Shown here piece after piece: positions 59,680 to 64,000 of a stretch of DNA of 64,000 bases. The stretch spans positions 1-64,000 of the IMG/VR virus record IMGVR_UViG_3300017971_000001. One strand, 5' to 3'. The notes below the pieces were generated by a model. It saw nothing but the letters and a program-made list of their open reading frames with translations. It did no database searches and had not been told where the DNA came from. The position numbers were made by a program, and so were the translations under genes. Position 1 is the stretch's first letter. The number at the start of each line of letters is the position of its first letter.

Positions 59680-61020
59680 GGTCGTCCCCTCGGGCGAGGT
59701 CGTCCTCGAAGAGCTCGGGGTAGGTGTCCATGTTCTCCTGCATGCAGCCGTAGCAGAGCTTGTCGTCGCCGCTCTCGCCGAACAGGGGCTCGTGCTCTCC
59801 GCAGACGTCGCAGGAGACGAAGTAGCTCTCAGGAAGGTCGTCCGGCGTCGGCTTGCTCATGCAGTCCTCCTTATCCAGGCCCCGCGGTGATCGCTGAAAA
59901 GCAGCTGTCCGACGCGCTCGCGGACCCTTGTCCAGCCGCAGCAAGAGAGGTCGTAGTAGTCGCCGACCTCTTTGGCAACGACCCAGAATCGCCCGCAGTT
60001 CATGCAGGTGCAGTGCTGCTCCATGATCGCCTCTTGATTGATCTCAGGCGCGCCTTCGGCGCTTGACGGCACAGTCTCGCCCGGCAGGTCAATCACCGAT
60101 TACCTCTCGAATCTGATCTGCGCGGCGAGGCCACGACTCGTCCAACCAGTCGCGCGCCTTGCCGAGCCATTCGACCAGGGTGTCAGCTGCGGCCCGGGAC
60201 GTTTCGAGGTCCGCGCGCAGTCGTTCGACCTGGCCGCCGGCGTCCTCGAGTCTCCTGCGTAGCTCGACGATCCAGCGCTGAAGCCTGCGGCGGTCGTCTT
60301 CGGTCATGTCCCGCGCGCGAGGGAAGCAGCGGCAGCCGCCGTTGGTGTGCTGACCGCCGTAGCGAGTTCCTTCGCCTCTGCCGAAAATGCAGGAAGAGTC
60401 TCCGCAGCCGATCGTTTCGATCCGGCTCACGGGAACTCCGTCCTCATGACCAGCGGCGTGAACTCACCAGCCCAGGCCCCCGTAACGTTGAATGATATGT
60501 GCTCCTCGGCCTCCTCGTACGAGCACCCGTCCTGCATGAGGATCTCGAGGATCTTCTCGTAGCTGAACACGGCGAGGTCAGGCTTGCTGCAACGGCTAGC
60601 GATTCCGATCAAGGCGTCTTCGAACCCGTCCAGCAAGAGCGCCTCTTCGTTGAACTCGGCCAGCCATTCCCGGATATCCTCCGGCTTGCTGACCTGGATC
60701 GAGGTCGCAAGCAAGCAGCGCGCTCTCCAAACCCTGTATTGCTGCCCGTATCCGTTGTCTTCGAGGTGACCCTCCCCTTTGCACTCACACGGAACGGCCG
60801 AGGACTGCTGGGCCATGCGCCTGGCCTCCGCGTTGAGCTCAACGATCCGATCGCCCATGAACTGGATCTGCTCTTCGAGTTTCTTCGCCCGGCGCGCAGC
60901 GACGACGAGCTTACCGAGCTCTTCGGGGCTCGGGAAGATCTCGCCTGGCCAGCAGACGTCTTCACTTCGCTTGACGGTGTCCTCGAAGACCTCGAGGCGC
61001 TCAGGATCAACAACGCTCAC
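59651..61020 (-). other. Four small coupled phage-type hypothetical genes
   Basis: 59651-59860, 59857-60096, 60089-60430 and 60427-61020; the last ends in a phage-type motif ALIG...EEA.E...FN..GAW.GE.TP. Confidence 0.55.
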
Positions 61021-61290
61021 GGGAGATCTCGTCGAGGCTCATGATCATTTCCGGGAGTTCGGGCGGCGGGATCTGGTGCCCAGAAAGGCAGTAGAGAATT
61101 TGGTAGACCAGGCACACCTTTGAGGGTCGAAATCCGCTCGCTCTCAGCTGATCGTAAGCGGCGATCGTCTTCGGCGTAACTGGTTGGGCGAGATCGTATC
61201 GATCGATCTCTTCCATGTCGAGAAGATCTTGGAGGGCGCCGCAAATGTAGAGGGCGTAGCGCCGCACCTCTTCCTCGTCCAGGCCATTTC

Positions 61291-61914
61291 TCACGATCCG
61301 AGCGCTTTCAGCAAAGACGCCGCGGACCAGCGGGCGTCGAAGAGCGGGTGGTGCCAGAGCGCCTGTTCGTCCGGAGGGAACGCTCGCTGCGTTCCCGTGA
61401 CCTCCAAAGCCGTGCGAACGTCCAGCAAGGGGAACGGGCCTTTGAACTCGCGGTCTGAGGGGGGGAGGACGAGAGAGTCCACTTCTCCGTTGACGAACTT
61501 TTCGATATTCTCCCGGCTGGTCTCGTTTCGCCAACTCCTTCTGCTCTCGACGCATGAGTTCAGGAAGCGCGCCTCGACCGGCCATGGCACGTCAGCCCAG
61601 ATCTCGCCGCCTTTCTTTGAGTGGTCGATCCAACGAGACCAGAACCAATCCGAGACGTCGCTCCCACGCATGAGCCGAGTCCCGGGCGGAAGCTTGAGCG
61701 CCTGACGGACGCCCTCGCTCAGCCCCTTCTCGCCCCAGGGGCAGTTCGTCTTGATCCAGTCGTATCCGTCCGGGCTCCCTGAGCAAAGAGTGGGCGGGCA
61801 GTAGGCCCACGCCTCCTCGACGATCGAGTCCTCGTCCAGGACAACGTATCCCACCGCCCAGGTCTGGCCGTGCAGCCCGATCGACTCGCAGTCGAAAACC
61901 ATGCGCAGCGTCAC
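61291..61914 (-). CDS. DEDDh (DnaQ-like) 3'-5' exonuclease
   Basis: GTGA-coupled; VFDCES (ExoI), LLDVRT, HHPLFDA (ExoIII). Confidence 0.8.
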   Translation of the reverse strand: MTLRMVFDCESIGLHGQTWAVGYVVLDEDSIVEEAWAYCPPTLCSGSPDGYDWIKTNCPWGEKGLSEGVRQALKLPPGTRLMRGSDVSDWFWSRWIDHSKKGGEIWADVPWPVEARFLNSCVESRRSWRNETSRENIEKFVNGEVDSLVLPPSDREFKGPFPLLDVRTALEVTGTQRAFPPDEQALWHHPLFDARWSAASLLKALGS

Positions 61915-62564
61915 CGCTCCTCCGCAGGCGTCGCGTTGAGCCGCCCTTGATACTTGACGACCCGGCCTTCCCAGAAGAGAGGTGCTTCGGGCGGAAGGTC
62001 CCTGGACGACTCGACCACGGCGATCAGATCCGTGTTGTTGCACGTCTCCTGCACACACTCGACCGCGACCCCCAGCGACTTGAGGTAGATCTCCAGGCTC
62101 GCCCTGTCGTTCGACTTGGGAGCAGCCGAGACGATCTCTCCGGTCGCGACCGGATCCGGCAGGATCGCGGGGAGCACGAAGCGCAAATGGACCCACTGCA
62201 ACTTCCCGCTCAGTTCGCTGGCCTCCATGAAGAGGTCGTCTAGCTGAATCCCTTCCTTCCAGGCCTTCTCGTCCTCCCCCTTGTTCCAACCGAGGATCAG
62301 GTATCGGCCGCTCTCGTCCATGAGCGCCATGGCCTCCGCCATGGTCCCCGGCCCCTCGACGACCGCGCCTTCGGCCCTCAGTTCCCCAGCGACCCGGATT
62401 GCCTCGACGATCGTTGGAGCCTTCTCGCAACGAGGGATCAGATCGACCGGCGCGCGATCAACGGTCGCCTTCGCGTCCTTCAGGTTCATTCCCGTCAGCC
62501 TGCGCACGGCCTTGATCACAGCGATCTTACGCAAGCCGGGATTCTTGAGCACCAGAGAGATCAT
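61911..62564 (-). CDS. Ribosomal protein bL12 (L7/L12) C-terminal domain fused to an unknown domain
   Basis: KIAVIKAVRRLTGMNLKDAKATVDRAP...LRAEGAVVE. Confidence 0.85.
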   Translation of the reverse strand: MISLVLKNPGLRKIAVIKAVRRLTGMNLKDAKATVDRAPVDLIPRCEKAPTIVEAIRVAGELRAEGAVVEGPGTMAEAMALMDESGRYLILGWNKGEDEKAWKEGIQLDDLFMEASELSGKLQWVHLRFVLPAILPDPVATGEIVSAAPKSNDRASLEIYLKSLGVAVECVQETCNNTDLIAVVESSRDLPPEAPLFWEGRVVKYQGRLNATPAEER

Positions 62565-62767
62565 GGCTTCACCTCTTGTTGCTGTTCTACGCTCGGGGTC
62601 GGACATTCCGGGGACGCCGTCTCCATACCTTTGCAGAGCTTGCAGAAGTGCCAGCGCGAGCCGTCGCCTCGAGGTTCCGACCAGACACTCCATTCGTGCG
62701 CGCAGCGTTCGTCGAGTGCCCCAGCGGGCCCACAGCGCTTCTTGCGGCGCTTATTCCTCTTCGGCAT
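62561..62767 (-). CDS. Small basic Cys/His protein
   Basis: CAHEW...FCKLC; coupled to the bL12 gene. Confidence 0.55.
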   Translation of the reverse strand: MPKRNKRRKKRCGPAGALDERCAHEWSVWSEPRGDGSRWHFCKLCKGMETASPECPTPSVEQQQEVKP

Positions 62768-63389
62768 TTCGCTCCAATTCCTCTACCCTTTTCTTCATGG
62801 ACGCGAACTCTCGGTAGAGATCGGCCGTCTCGTTGCTGATCAGGCCCCGGATCGCCTGCTGAAATGGATTGCCGTAAACCCAGTTGTGAGGACTGGACAT
62901 GACCTCCGGGACCAGGGCGGCGAACGCCAGCCAGTTCAGCTGCTTCTGGGTGAAATCCCTGCCGGCCTCGAAGGCGTCACGGCGCTCGTGTCGATACAGA
63001 CCCTGATCCCGTTCAGCCCGAACGGGCTGAATGATCCCAGGGTTTACAAGAGGGGGGTTCACGTCGAACGAATCCAGGTTGTAGGTGACGTAGACCTCCT
63101 TCCCGTTTGCCTGCGCCGCCTGGCCGTCGTGCTCCGTGTACATTCCTTCGAAGGTCTCGTGCGTCCCTCCCCCGAGTTCCGGCTCGGGCAGCACCGATTC
63201 GATCGAATCTCCCTTCGGGCCGCAGACGATCCGCGCTAGGTTCGTCCAGCCAATCGCCTGGCCGACGATCGAGATTGCGTCGGCGCCGTTCGATCGCGAC
63301 CAGGAGCGGACGACGCGCTCGGCGAGCTCAGGGTCCGATCGATCCGCGAGCCACTCGTTAACCGCGTTCAAGAGATCGTCGTCGCTCAA
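62751..63389 (-). CDS. Hypothetical protein
   Basis: GGAGG RBS; TTGA-coupled start MSDDDLL. Confidence 0.6.
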   Translation of the reverse strand: MSDDDLLNAVNEWLADRSDPELAERVVRSWSRSNGADAISIVGQAIGWTNLARIVCGPKGDSIESVLPEPELGGGTHETFEGMYTEHDGQAAQANGKEVYVTYNLDSFDVNPPLVNPGIIQPVRAERDQGLYRHERRDAFEAGRDFTQKQLNWLAFAALVPEVMSSPHNWVYGNPFQQAIRGLISNETADLYREFASMKKRVEELERNAEEE

Positions 63390-64000
63390 AACCCCTCCAT
63401 GAGTTCTTCCGTGCGCGTATCCCAAAACAACTGGACCCAGTCGCCCATGTTTCCTTGATTCTTTCGTTGGTAGTCGGCCCAGAGCGTCGCGCTCCCCATG
63501 GTGAAGCTAATGCCAGAGGCGAACGTATAGGACGAAAAGGAGAAGTCGCTGAGCGAAAGGGAGAACCCTTTCCCAAGCCCTGCTGAATATGCAGAAGACA
63601 GCCCCCTGCCGTAGGCCAGAAAGCTGAGCAGGGGCCGGGGGCGAAGCCGGCGCCGTCGCCTCTTCATAGGAAGGCTGATCCCATGCGGTAGTTCAGGCCG
63701 GCACCCACGGGCGCTGATCGCTTCCAACTTTCAGAGCAGTCATAGGGAAAGCGGCCGGGTCTAAGCCTCCAGAACGACATGGAGCGGTTGCCCCCCTTCC
63801 CCCTGACCCGATCCTGACCCCAGCCAAGCGCGAACTGACTCGAGGGCGGGTGGTCACGAAGGTAGGTTCGACGGCGTCGTTTCAAGTCGCCAATCCGAAG
63901 AGTCGAGGCCGGCGAACCTGACTGGAACCCAACGCTTGCTCCAGCCCCCGGCCGAACGATAGCCCCCTGCCGCCTGCACTGCCTCGGGCAAAGTATCCGC
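63386..64000 (-). other. Third cluster of RRRR-family microprotein genes, running off the window edge
   Basis: 63386-63667 (MKRRRRRL), 63664-63885 (MKRRRRTY) and a partial upstream ORF with FGRGL ending in TGA at 63882. Confidence 0.7.

Noticed and set aside
62751-63389. MSDDDLLNAVNEWLADRSDPELA as another SD-R tag
   Set aside because: It lacks the R-x-R-x-L-E-R core and is too divergent to count.

Overview
This 64-kb window is GC-rich, densely coding and virus-like, most likely part of a large bacteriophage genome. Evidence: short stop/start-coupled genes in long strand blocks (+ 26-17969, - 17966-37023, + 37129-43291, - 43293-43979, + 44089-50783, mostly - 51070-64000) and no housekeeping operons. 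I recognised no capsid, portal, terminase, integrase, transposase or CRISPR array, so the virus class is not determined. Recognisable genes: Lys-rich H1-like proteins, two Gly-X-Thr collagen-like fibres beside a methyltransferase/glycosyltransferase cassette, patatin, a CX5R phosphatase-HIT fusion, SNase, a type IV pilin-like gene, GroES, a GP88-like protein, a metallophosphoesterase, a vWA protein, a nucleotidyltransferase, an NT5C nucleotidase, a DEDDh exonuclease and a bL12-domain protein. The most striking unexplained structure: (1) about 20 otherwise unrelated proteins share a ~30-aa helical tag (S-D-x-R-L-R-x-L-E-R-x-A-x-x-G-D-x-x-A...R-x-G), either at the N-terminus or right after an internal Asn-Pro linker, and several carry toxin-like domains; (2) arrays of at least 17 translationally coupled microproteins, mostly 60-72 aa, that start with M-(R/K)-RRRR and continue as hypervariable Gly-rich sequence; (3) an initiator-type tRNA-Met with an inserted long variable arm; (4) a recurring leaderless promoter motif TAnnnT-N6-ATG; (5) recurring (M/L)-x-G-(M/L)-G motifs in basic or membrane-anchored proteins that match a viral maturation-protease consensus. 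All family assignments are from motif recognition by eye; no searches were run.
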